Source of the DNA: an uncultured Candidatus Micrarchaeota archaeon
Lineage (GTDB): Archaea; Micrarchaeota; Micrarchaeia; Burarchaeales; Fermentimicrarchaeaceae
DNA length: 64,000 bases
Direction of reading: 5' to 3'
Assembly: GCA_963760615.1 (NCBI GenBank)
Contig: CAVXDX010000008.1
Location: forward strand, 148,722 to 212,721
Position 1 is the first letter of the stretch. Each line of letters starts with the position of its first letter. A model generated the notes under the pieces. The model was not told where the DNA came from. It did not search any database and saw only the letters and a program-made list of their open reading frames with translations. Of the stretch, positions 18,478 to 26,672 are shown one piece after another. The translations under genes were made by a program, and so were the position numbers.

Positions 18478-18595
18478 AATTCACCACCCTATTCATTATG
18501 GGGAGAGATATTTAAAATCTATGGCTTTGGTAACCTTGCAGATGTATTAGACAATTTCTGCAATCTGCAGTTTTTCACCGGAAAGTTACCCCTCA

Positions 18596-18610
18596 GAGAG
18601 GTTTATAAAG
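18596..18610 (+). promoter_or_regulatory. BRE/TATA-like promoter upstream of the reRNA-like locus
   Basis: GAGAGGTTTATAAAG resembles other promoter-like sites here (AAAGGTATTTATAAG near 12240, AAGGTATTTAAG near 20510). No ORF follows it. Confidence 0.5.
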
Positions 18611-18627
18611 CCATCTTTTGTAATCAC

Positions 18628-18829
18628 ATCACCGCCAACCCATAAGGCGCAGAAGGGAGTCGCAAATACGAACCACCTATGTATGCCTGTATTGCATAAA
18701 GCCGGCAGGTTAAGCATAGGGGCGGAATACCTCCGGGCAGGGGGGAATGCAAGCGTGTGGAGAATCCGATGGGTATTCTGGGAAGCACGAAGTCCCTGAA
18801 GTAAAAAAGCTGATGAGGGGGCATGTCAC
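18628..18829 (+). ncRNA. Stand-alone IS200/IS605 TnpB reRNA (omega-RNA)-like structured RNA / non-autonomous element
   Basis: Blocks GGGGCGGAA..GCGTGTGGAGA..GAAGCACGAAGTCCC..GGGGCATGTCAC resemble tnpB 3' ends. Translation QACGE..SGKHEVP..GHVT resembles TnpB tails. 5' part has stems CGCC/GGCG, CCTATG/CATAGG and TATGC/GCATA. No tnpB or tnpA ORF. Confidence 0.55.
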
Positions 18830-18838
18830 AATCCATAC

Positions 18839-19537
18839 TTATAGTTTGGAATACTTCTCCCTTATTTCCTTCATTCTGCCGCAGGAGAAAGTCCCCTCTG
18901 GGCATGTGCCCAGTTGCACGCAGGATGGACCTGCTTTCTCAAATATGACCGGAGCAACCTTCTTGCATTCCTTTGCCATAAGCTCAGCGAGCTCCCTTAT
19001 CTCCCACTGCGCCCTCTCGCAGCAGCGCAGGGAAAAGAAGTGGAGCAGCTCCCTGCAGTTCATTGTCACGACAATTGTCGCCTTGGTTGCGTTAGGAAGT
19101 ATGTAGCGTGCGTCCTCAACGGGCACGCCCAGCTGTATGAGCTCATCATAGCTTCTCCTTATGTCGGAGAGAGCGGACTGGAAAAGTTTTGAGGCTTTTT
19201 CATTGCCGTTTACTATAGGGGGGATTACGAATGCATCCTCACCGCTTACCCTCACATACCTCTGGCTCTGCTGTGTGTAAGAAGCCATTCTGTGCCTGAC
19301 AAGCTCGTGGGTGAGGGCCCTTGAAACCCCGGATACGCTGAATGTGAAGGAGGCGTGCTCTGTAACAGAAATGTGACCTGATTTTATTATCTCCCTGAGA
19401 AGCTTCATTGCTTTTTCCCTCTCCCCTGCGGACTTGGCGAGCAGCTCAGCAGGTGCAAGGCTGCTCCTCGAAGTTTTTGCAACTGCTGCACAGACCAAGT
19501 CCGGGTCGGGCGTATGGGCTATGAGTTTTACTTCCAT
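18839..19537 (-). CDS. thyX: Flavin-dependent thymidylate synthase
   Basis: GHISVTEH, SRALTHELVRHRMASYTQQSQRY, AQWEIR. Confidence 0.95.
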   Translation of the reverse strand: MEVKLIAHTPDPDLVCAAVAKTSRSSLAPAELLAKSAGEREKAMKLLREIIKSGHISVTEHASFTFSVSGVSRALTHELVRHRMASYTQQSQRYVRVSGEDAFVIPPIVNGNEKASKLFQSALSDIRRSYDELIQLGVPVEDARYILPNATKATIVVTMNCRELLHFFSLRCCERAQWEIRELAELMAKECKKVAPVIFEKAGPSCVQLGTCPEGTFSCGRMKEIREKYSKL

Positions 19538-19603
19538 GAAAAAACCTCCCAATAGTGTTTAAGGGAGAAAGTATAAAAACGTTATAAGAGGCAATTTAAT
19601 TAC

Positions 19604-19690
19604 GCGGGGGTGTCTGAGCCTGGTCAAAGGAGCAGGGCTTAGGACCCTGTGCGCTTAGGCGCTTCGTGGGTTCAAATCCCATCCCCCGCA
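19604..19690 (+). tRNA. tRNA-Leu(TAG)
   Basis: Anticodon arm CAGGG-CTTAGGA-CCCTG; long variable arm; T-loop TTCAAAT. Confidence 0.95.
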
Positions 19691-19701
19691 TTCGTGTTAA
19701 A

Positions 19702-20169
19702 ATGAGCCTAAAAATAAGGGATGCAAAGTTGCATGATACGGAGTTCATTCTTTCAGGTATTAGAGATATATTCAGAATAGAAAAGTGTGTTTTTAGTGAT
19801 AGGATATACCGTGAAAAAAAGAGATTGACCAAGAACGCTATAAAAAACAAGCAGGTTAGAGTTGTAATTGAAGAAGATAAACCGGTAGGATTCTCATGGT
19901 TTAAAATTGGTGATTTGACACCATTTGGTCTGGATTACGGGAAGTGGAGCGAAAAGTATTGCTGGATTTCTTTTGTATATGTGTTGGAGAGCTATACGAA
20001 TCAAGGTATTGGTTCTTTGCTCTACGAGGATATAATGAGTATTTGCAAAAGGAAAAAAGTAAAGCAGATAATGCTGGATGTCTTTACTGTCAATAAAAAA
20101 TCTGCAAGGTTCCATGAGAGGATAGGGTTCAAGCCTCTTCTCAGTATATTCACTATGAGGACTAGGTAA
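19702..20169 (+). CDS. GNAT family N-acetyltransferase
   Basis: ISFVYVLESYTNQGIGSLL (motif A); NKKSARFHERIGF; start ATG 19702 just after the tRNA. Confidence 0.85.
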   Translation: MSLKIRDAKLHDTEFILSGIRDIFRIEKCVFSDRIYREKKRLTKNAIKNKQVRVVIEEDKPVGFSWFKIGDLTPFGLDYGKWSEKYCWISFVYVLESYTNQGIGSLLYEDIMSICKRKKVKQIMLDVFTVNKKSARFHERIGFKPLLSIFTMRTR

Positions 20170-20192
20170 CCTTGACTGTCTTCTTAATGTGC

Positions 20193-20351
20193 TTAAACTG
20201 CCTTCTTGGCTCTTATCTCCTTTCTCTTAGGCCTGAGATGCGTATAGTAGCACTTCCTGCATCTCTTTGCACCTGCGGGATTCCTTGCCTTGCACTTCCT
20301 GCATATCCATATCTCGGAAATCTTGGCATCTGCAACTGCGAACTTCCCCAT
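20193..20351 (-). CDS. rpl40e: 50S ribosomal protein eL40 (absent from ORF track, 52 aa)
   Basis: Hand-translated: MGKFAVADAKISEIWICRKCKARNPAGAKRCRKCYYTHLRPKRKEIRAKKAV; SD AGGTGA. Confidence 0.92.
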   Translation of the reverse strand: MGKFAVADAKISEIWICRKCKARNPAGAKRCRKCYYTHLRPKRKEIRAKKAV

Positions 20352-20423
20352 GAATATCACCTGGAGTTAGATATTTAGGGCAAGCAAGTTTAAATTCGTA
20401 TTCATCCATAAATTTATCCCTGA

Positions 20424-20495
20424 GCCCCGGTAGCTCAGTGGTAGAGCGAACGCCTTGTAAGCGTTAGGTCGCGAGTTCAATCCTCGCTCGGGGCT
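20424..20495 (+). tRNA. tRNA-Thr(TGT)
   Basis: Anticodon arm AACGC-CTTGTAA-GCGTT; T arm GCGAG-TTCAATC-CTCGC. Confidence 0.95.
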
Positions 20496-20543
20496 TGCTT
20501 TTCCTGAAAGGTATTTAAGAATTGTTAATCAAAAGAAAAAGCG

Positions 20544-22331
20544 ATGTGCGGAATTTTCGGGATAATCACCCTGAAGCCAAGAGTTATAGGCAAAGACCTG
20601 GCTGCAGGAGGCAAGAGACTCAGCTACAGGGGATACGATTCCGTGGGATGCGCGGTAATTTCTGACGGAGAGATAGATTTGAGGAAGGATGTCGGTAAAA
20701 TAGATGAGGTGAGCAAGAAGCTGAACTTCTCTGAAATGCACGGCGACAGGGGAGTGATGCAGCTGAGATGGGCCACATTTGGAGCTCCTTCCAAGAGAAA
20801 CGCGCAGCCCCACCTTGACTGCAATGGGGATATGGTTGGCGCGCACAACGGGAATATAGTGAACACTCCCCAGCTCAGGGAGCAGTTCATAAGAGAGGGG
20901 CATAACATAAGGAGCACCAACGATGGGGAGCTGTGCATCCATGCAGTTGAGAAGTATTATGACAAAGGATGCAGCATGGTTGAGAGCATAAGAAAAGCCT
21001 ATGATGACTTGATGGGGGATTATGCGTTCATCATATTCAACAACAGTGAGAAGAGGCTCTACGCAGTTAAGAAAGGCTCTGGCCTTGTGATTGGCATTGG
21101 AAAGGATGAGATGTACTGCTCATCAGACTTGCCCTCAATACTTCCTTTGACCAAGAAGATTGTTTTCATAAAGGATGGTGAGATTGCCTCCCTCTCTCCA
21201 AAAGAGGTGAAGCTGTTCAGAATCAGCGATGGGAAGGAGATTGAGGTGAAGGTTGTGAAGTATGGAGAAAGTCCGGAGTACGCGAAGAAAGGTGGTTACG
21301 AGCATTTCATGCTCAAGGAGATAAACGAGCAGCCCACTGTTGCGGAGGATTTGGTGGAGCTGCTTGATGATTCAAAATACGTTGATAAATTCCTGAATGC
21401 CATGAGGGACTCGGACAAGGTTTTCCTGGTTGGATGCGGCTCGAGCTACCACGCCTGCCTACTCGGCTCCTACTATTTCGGCAATATAGCCAGGAAGACG
21501 GTGATTCCCGCAGTTGCTCCGCAGTTCATAAGCCAGTATGGACATAGCATTGATGACAAGACATGCGTGGTGCTGGTTAGCCAGAGCGGGGAGACGAAGG
21601 ATGTCATAAACGCCATGGAGTATGCGAAAGGCAAAACCGATAGGATTCTTGGCGTGATGAACGTCATTGGCTCAACCCTTATGAACTCCAGCAAGGTTTA
21701 CCTGCCTCTCGCAGCTGGCTATGAGGTGAGCGTGCCTGCAACAAAGACATTCCTGAACCAGTGCGTCATGTTCCTCTACCTCGCAAAGAGGATGGGAGGA
21801 GAATCCTGCGAGGATATGAGGAAGGTTCCTCCTCTTATAAAGAGAACAATAAACTCTACTGACGGTGCTTGCAGGAAGGTTGCAGCCTATCTCAGGAGAT
21901 GGGATGAGTTATACTCACTGGGGTACGGCTCGACCCATGGAATAGCAAAAGAGGCGGCATTGAAGATAAAGGAGATAACCTACTCCCACTGCGAGGGAAT
22001 GTACAGCTCTGAGTTCAAGCACGGGCCTCTCTCAGCTGTTAGGAGAGGCTATCCTGTGCTGTTCATCAGCTCGCCGAAGGATGTTAACGTGATGGTGAGC
22101 CACATAAATGAGGTAACATGCAGAGGGGGCAGAGCCATAGTTGTGGCTGAGAAGGGCGAGAGCATGGTGAAAAACGCAAGTGAGCTGATTCAGCTCCCTC
22201 ATTCAAATGATTATACGGCACCGATTCTGGCGACAATTCCCGCCCAGCTCATTGCATACTACATGAGCACCGGCAGAGGGATAAACCCTGACTTCCCAAG
22301 GAATTTGAGCAAGACGATTACGGTTGACTGA
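20544..22331 (+). CDS. glmS: Glutamine--fructose-6-phosphate aminotransferase
   Basis: [46 protein letters not shown]. Confidence 0.92.
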   Translation: MCGIFGIITLKPRVIGKDLAAGGKRLSYRGYDSVGCAVISDGEIDLRKDVGKIDEVSKKLNFSEMHGDRGVMQLRWATFGAPSKRNAQPHLDCNGDMVGAHNGNIVNTPQLREQFIREGHNIRSTNDGELCIHAVEKYYDKGCSMVESIRKAYDDLMGDYAFIIFNNSEKRLYAVKKGSGLVIGIGKDEMYCSSDLPSILPLTKKIVFIKDGEIASLSPKEVKLFRISDGKEIEVKVVKYGESPEYAKKGGYEHFMLKEINEQPTVAEDLVELLDDSKYVDKFLNAMRDSDKVFLVGCGSSYHACLLGSYYFGNIARKTVIPAVAPQFISQYGHSIDDKTCVVLVSQSGETKDVINAMEYAKGKTDRILGVMNVIGSTLMNSSKVYLPLAAGYEVSVPATKTFLNQCVMFLYLAKRMGGESCEDMRKVPPLIKRTINSTDGACRKVAAYLRRWDELYSLGYGSTHGIAKEAALKIKEITYSHCEGMYSSEFKHGPLSAVRRGYPVLFISSPKDVNVMVSHINEVTCRGGRAIVVAEKGESMVKNASELIQLPHSNDYTAPILATIPAQLIAYYMSTGRGINPDFPRNLSKTITVD

Positions 22332-22378
22332 AGTTACTCTTTTATTACTTCCATGCTAGTATTATTGGGAGTGATTCT

Positions 22379-23266
22379 GTGAAAATAGGCACAAAAACCC
22401 TGAAGGAAGGATTTGCGAAGATGCAGAAGGGAGGGGTGATAATGGATGTGGTCACCCCGCAGCAAGCCAGAATTGCAGAGAGAGCGGGAGCGGTTGCTGT
22501 GATGGCTTTGCATGCTGTGCCTGCAGACATAAGAGCAAAGGGCGGAGTCGCCAGGATGGCTGACCCTGCTGTGATTGGGAAGATAATGAAGGCTGTCACT
22601 ATTCCGGTGATGGCAAAGGTGAGGATAGGGCATTTCGCAGAGGCGCAGATTCTTGAGGAGCTTGGAGTGGATATGATTGACGAGTCTGAGGTGCTGACTC
22701 CTGCAGATGAGGAGTTCCACATAGACAAAAAGAAATTCAAGGTTCCTTTTGTATGCGGAGCCAGGAATTTGGGTGAGGCGCTGAGGAGGATAAACGAAGG
22801 GGCTGCCATGATAAGGACGAAAGGAGAGCCTGGAACAGGGGATGTTGTTGAGGCTGTGAGGCACGTGAGGCAGGTTAACAGGGAAATTGAAGAGCTGGTG
22901 TCATTCAGGAAGCACAGGGGCATGCTGAGGAGCAAAGCTGAAGAATATATGGTGCCTTTTGAGCTCGTTCAGGAAACTGCAAGTCTCGGGAGGCTTCCCG
23001 TGGTCAACTTTGCAGCTGGTGGCATAGCAACTCCTGCAGATGCATCCCTCATGATGCAGTTCGGAGTCGATGGCATATTTGTCGGCTCTGGAATATTCAA
23101 GTCTTCAAATCCTGAAAAGTATGCAAGAGCCATAGTTGAGGCTACCAGAAGTTATGACAAGCCAGCAGTGCTGCTGAAAGCTTCAAAGGGGCTTGGGGAG
23201 GCAATGTCAGGAATTGACAGCAAGAAGATGCCTGATTCGCAGAAGATGCAGCTGCGGAGTCACTAG
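22379..23266 (+). CDS. pdxS: PLP synthase lyase subunit
   Basis: [42 protein letters not shown]. Confidence 0.96.
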   Translation: MKIGTKTLKEGFAKMQKGGVIMDVVTPQQARIAERAGAVAVMALHAVPADIRAKGGVARMADPAVIGKIMKAVTIPVMAKVRIGHFAEAQILEELGVDMIDESEVLTPADEEFHIDKKKFKVPFVCGARNLGEALRRINEGAAMIRTKGEPGTGDVVEAVRHVRQVNREIEELVSFRKHRGMLRSKAEEYMVPFELVQETASLGRLPVVNFAAGGIATPADASLMMQFGVDGIFVGSGIFKSSNPEKYARAIVEATRSYDKPAVLLKASKGLGEAMSGIDSKKMPDSQKMQLRSH

Positions 23267-23291
23267 GTATTCTTTTTCTTAGGGTGTTTAC

Positions 23292-23867
23292 ATGAAGGTC
23301 GGAGTTATCGCATTTCAGGGTGCGGTGAGCGAGCACATGCATATGATTGATGCAGTGTTAGGCGAGGGAAGCGGGGTCGCAGTGAGAAGTGAGAAAGAGC
23401 TTGAGAAGGTTTCTGCAGTGATAATACCTGGGGGCGAGTCAACAACCATAGGGAGGCTGATGCGTAACTCAGGGGTTTTCAGAAAGCTTAAGGAGCTTGG
23501 GGAAAGCGGCTTTCCCGTATGGGGCACATGCGCAGGCATGATTATGCTCGCAAAGGAAGGGGATGAGCAGGTGAAGAGAACCGGGGAGCTTCTTAGTCTC
23601 ATGGACATGAGAGTTAAAAGAAATGCCTTTGGGAGGCAGAGGGAATCCTTCGAGGAGGAGCTGGAGATAGCAGGAATTGGAAAGTACCACTGCATCTTCA
23701 TAAGGTCGCCTGCAGTTGAGAAGATTTACGGAAAATGCAAGGCTCTTGCGCGCTTTGGCGGGTACATAGTTGCAGCCGAGCAGGAGAATCTGCTCGCAAC
23801 TGCATTCCACCCTGAGCTGAGCGGTAGTGTGAAGTTTCACGAGTATTTCATCAACCAGGCGAGATGA
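23292..23867 (+). CDS. pdxT: PLP synthase glutaminase subunit
   Basis: PGGESTT, GTCAG, RNAFGRQRESF, FHPEL. Confidence 0.96.
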   Translation: MKVGVIAFQGAVSEHMHMIDAVLGEGSGVAVRSEKELEKVSAVIIPGGESTTIGRLMRNSGVFRKLKELGESGFPVWGTCAGMIMLAKEGDEQVKRTGELLSLMDMRVKRNAFGRQRESFEEELEIAGIGKYHCIFIRSPAVEKIYGKCKALARFGGYIVAAEQENLLATAFHPELSGSVKFHEYFINQAR

Positions 23868-23923
23868 GCCGATATTTTTAAATAGTGAGAGATAAAAGAA
23901 ATGTGTCGAATGGAGGTGTGAAG

Positions 23924-24145
23924 ATGGCAGAGTTGACCCCGATAGAGCAGATAGTCTTGAAGGCATTGCAGGATATCGGCGCAAGCGATGAAAGCAAAAT
24001 GAAAACTGCAGATGATGTGCAGAAGAAGTGCAACAGACCGAAAGGGCAGGTGAACAACGCTCTCATGAGTCTTGTTAGCAAAGGGGTTGTGGTAAGGAAG
24101 GTACGGGAGAAGGCTGCAGGTTACTTCTTGAACAAGACAGGTTGA
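23924..24145 (+). CDS. Small basic winged-helix-like protein
   Basis: SD GGAGGTG + 5 nt + ATG; HTH-like ADDVQKKCNRPKGQVNNALMSLVSKGVV. Confidence 0.65.
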   Translation: MAELTPIEQIVLKALQDIGASDESKMKTADDVQKKCNRPKGQVNNALMSLVSKGVVVRKVREKAAGYFLNKTG

Positions 24146-24147
24146 GT

Positions 24148-25518
24148 ATGAAAACCGTTATTGTTGGTGCTGGCCCGGCAGGGCTTTTCTGTGCATACGA
24201 GCTTGCTAAAGCTGGTGCTAAGGTAGTTGTGGTAGACAGCGGAAGCAGCATAGAGAGAAGGAAATGCCCTATGAAGAAGATGGGCTACTGCGTTAAATGC
24301 AAACCCTGCAACCTTATACATGGAGTTGGAGGGGCGGGCTTATTCTCTGACGGAAAGCTGAACCTTGACCCCAGGATAGGCGGGGACATGCTGCAGTTCA
24401 TGAAGGAGGATGAAGCGCGCAGGATGATTGAGTACATCGACAGGATTTTCAGGGAGAATGGCGCGCAGGGGGACAGGAATGTGATAGACAACAGGGCGGA
24501 CGAGCTGATGAGAAAGGCGAAGATGGCAGGAGTGAAGTTCGTCCCCATTGTCCAGAGGCATATAGGCTCGGATATGCTGCCGGGCGTTATAGAATCGCTG
24601 AAAAGCTACTTGGAAGCGCTGGGAGTCAGATTCATACTTGACACAGAAGTTAATGATGTGGAAGTGCATAACGGCTCGTTGGAGGGAATTGTTGCCGGGA
24701 GGAGCAGCATAAAAGGGGATTTTGTAGTGCTGGCAACAGGCAGAGGAGGAGCGCAATGGCTTGCAAGGAAATGCATGCAGCTGGGTATCCCGACGCAGTA
24801 CCAGCCACTTGATGTTGGAGTGAGGGTTGAGGTGCCTGCGGAAATAATGAAGGAAGTTACGGATGCTTTCTGGGACCCGAAGTTCTACATCCAGACAACG
24901 CAGTATGACGATTTTGTCAGGACGTTCTGCACCTGCCCCTACGGCTTTGTCATTTCTGAGAGTTATAACAGTTTCATCTGCACGAATGGGCACTCCATGG
25001 TGTCACTGAAGTCTGAAAACACAAACTTTGCGCTGCTTGTGAGGGTTGCTTTGACCCACCCAGTGGAGAACACAACTGAGTATGGCGAGTCCATAGCAAG
25101 GATTGCCTCAACAATAGGCGGGGGGAGACCGGTCCTGCAGAGGCTTGGAGATTTGAAGGCTGGGAGGAGGTCAACCTGGGAGAGGATAAAGAGGAGCTAT
25201 GTAAAGCCGACATTCACCTATGTCACCCCGGGAGACATCAGCATGGTGCTGCCTGGAAGGATAATGGCAGATATGAAGGAGGGCTTGGAGACGCTAAACA
25301 AAGTCATACCCGGAGTTGCCGAGGATTCTACACTGCTCTATGCTCCTGAGATAAAGTTCCATGCCCTGCGCGTCAATGTCAGCAGACACATGGAGACACC
25401 TGTTAAGAATCTCTTCGCAGTTGGGGATGGGGCAGGAGTGTCGAGGGGCATAGTGGGAGCAGCTCTGAGCGGTATTGTTGCGGCAAGGGAGATAGCCATG
25501 AGATGCAGGCATGGATGA
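24148..25518 (+). CDS. NAD(P)/FAD-dependent oxidoreductase (COG2509-like)
   Basis: IVGAGPAG; CxxCxPC insert; GGAGLFSDGK; AVGDGAGVSRG. Confidence 0.82.
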   Translation: MKTVIVGAGPAGLFCAYELAKAGAKVVVVDSGSSIERRKCPMKKMGYCVKCKPCNLIHGVGGAGLFSDGKLNLDPRIGGDMLQFMKEDEARRMIEYIDRIFRENGAQGDRNVIDNRADELMRKAKMAGVKFVPIVQRHIGSDMLPGVIESLKSYLEALGVRFILDTEVNDVEVHNGSLEGIVAGRSSIKGDFVVLATGRGGAQWLARKCMQLGIPTQYQPLDVGVRVEVPAEIMKEVTDAFWDPKFYIQTTQYDDFVRTFCTCPYGFVISESYNSFICTNGHSMVSLKSENTNFALLVRVALTHPVENTTEYGESIARIASTIGGGRPVLQRLGDLKAGRRSTWERIKRSYVKPTFTYVTPGDISMVLPGRIMADMKEGLETLNKVIPGVAEDSTLLYAPEIKFHALRVNVSRHMETPVKNLFAVGDGAGVSRGIVGAALSGIVAAREIAMRCRHG

Positions 25519-25574
25519 GATAGCCTTCTCTGCAAAGGGCTTTGCGCATAAATTCACTTTCACCGGAAAGTTAC

Positions 25575-25623
25575 CACAATATAGCGGGAAAGCCCACACC
25601 ATTTATGGGTGGGAGCATGTCAC
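25575..25623 (+). mobile_element. 49-bp IS200/IS605-like single-hairpin miniature element (PATE-like)
   Basis: TTAC|14 nt-AAAG-hairpin CCCACACCAT-TT-ATGGGTGGG-AGCATGTCAC|; the end GCATGTCAC is shared with 18821-18829. Confidence 0.55.
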
Positions 25624-25665
25624 CAAAAGGTATTTATCCTTCAGAGGAATAAAGTAATCCCCTGA

Positions 25666-25738
25666 GGGGGGATGTGCTAGTCTGGTATGCTTCGGGGTTT
25701 GGGACCCCGCGACCCGAGTTCAAATCTCGGTCCCCCCA
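25666..25738 (+). tRNA. tRNA-Pro(TGG)
   Basis: Acceptor GGGGGGA/TCCCCCC; anticodon arm CGGGG-TTTGGGA-CCCCG; T arm CCGAG-TTCAAAT-CTCGG. Confidence 0.93.
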
Positions 25739-25802
25739 CTTTTAGCAAGAGAGAAACCAAAGCAAGCTTTGTAATTAAAATTCTTGCGTTTAAATTATTC
25801 TT

Positions 25803-26606
25803 ATGGATTTCCTGTCGATCATCCTACTCGGTTTAACTCAGGGGATAACTGAGTGGGTTCCAATCAGCTCCAAGACGCAGGTCACTGCGGTATACCTCAA
25901 ACTTCTCAACGGGGATCCAAGCTCGGTGGTTCCAGTACTGATGTATGTTCATATTGGGACAGTGCTTGCTGCGCTCATATACTTCCGCAAGGAGATAATG
26001 AAGATAATTTCGGATTTTGCGAAGAAACCTATGGACCTGCGGGCACATTCCAAAGGTAAGCTGGGCTTCCTCTTCACATCTCTGCTGTTTACGGGAGTGG
26101 TTGGCATTCCGCTGCTTATTTTAGAGAAAAAAATGCCCTCACTTGACGCGGGCTTGCTGTTCGTCATCATGGGAGTTGGGCTTCTGATAACAGGTTTTCT
26201 GCTGCTCATGCAGAAAGGCTTGAAGGAGCGCAAAGCAAAGGATGCAAATTGGCTGGACGGGGTTTTCACCGGCCTTCTACAGGGGCTGAGCATCCTGCCA
26301 GGCATCTCGCGTGCTGGGACGAGCACCACTGCCCTCATATGGCGTGGTTTTGACAGCGAGAGCAGCTTCAACCTGAGCTTCCTGCTCAGCATTCCCACGG
26401 TAATTCTCGCGGAGCTTGTCCTCTATGCGGGGGGTATGACGGCTTTTCCGGTTTGGGATGGAATCCTGCTATCGCTTTCAAGCTTCATTTTCGGCTATGT
26501 TGTGCTTGATGTTATACTGAGAATTGTGAAAAAAGTGAATATGACATACGTTGCATTCGCGCTTGGGGTTATAATCATTGCCGGAGGGATAGCAGGCGCT
26601 GGATGA
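25803..26606 (+). CDS. uppP: Undecaprenyl-diphosphate phosphatase (BacA/UppP family)
   Basis: QGITEWVPISS, HIGTVLA, QGLSILPGISRAGTS. Confidence 0.9.
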   Translation: MDFLSIILLGLTQGITEWVPISSKTQVTAVYLKLLNGDPSSVVPVLMYVHIGTVLAALIYFRKEIMKIISDFAKKPMDLRAHSKGKLGFLFTSLLFTGVVGIPLLILEKKMPSLDAGLLFVIMGVGLLITGFLLLMQKGLKERKAKDANWLDGVFTGLLQGLSILPGISRAGTSTTALIWRGFDSESSFNLSFLLSIPTVILAELVLYAGGMTAFPVWDGILLSLSSFIFGYVVLDVILRIVKKVNMTYVAFALGVIIIAGGIAGAG

Positions 26607-26672
26607 AGCCTAGCAATAACTCATCCTCTTTTAAATATTTAATCATCTAATATCTTGCGGAAAGGTGCAAGA

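Noticed and set aside
18765-18825. Fluoride riboswitch or hammerhead ribozyme (GATGG..TTC, GCTGATGAG)
   Set aside because: The pseudoknot partner after CTGATGA is not complementary (GGGGGC), and there is no GAAA/stem II arrangement for a hammerhead.
18600-18830. RNase P RNA
   Set aside because: No GAGGAAAGTCC-type P4 5' strand near the start and no matching 3' strand; the GAAGTCCC lies near the 3' end.
18747-19106. ORF MQACGESDGYSGKHEVP... as a real protein
   Set aside because: Mostly antisense to thyX. Only its first ~28 codons are informative, as the imprint of a tnpB-type tail in the RNA locus.
20227-20409. 60-aa ORF MDEYEFKLACPK...
   Set aside because: Out-of-frame shadow of the real eL40 gene (20193-20351).
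20496-20543. glmS ribozyme upstream of glmS
   Set aside because: Only about 48 nt lie between tRNA-Thr and the ATG, occupied by a T-run and a TATA-like site.
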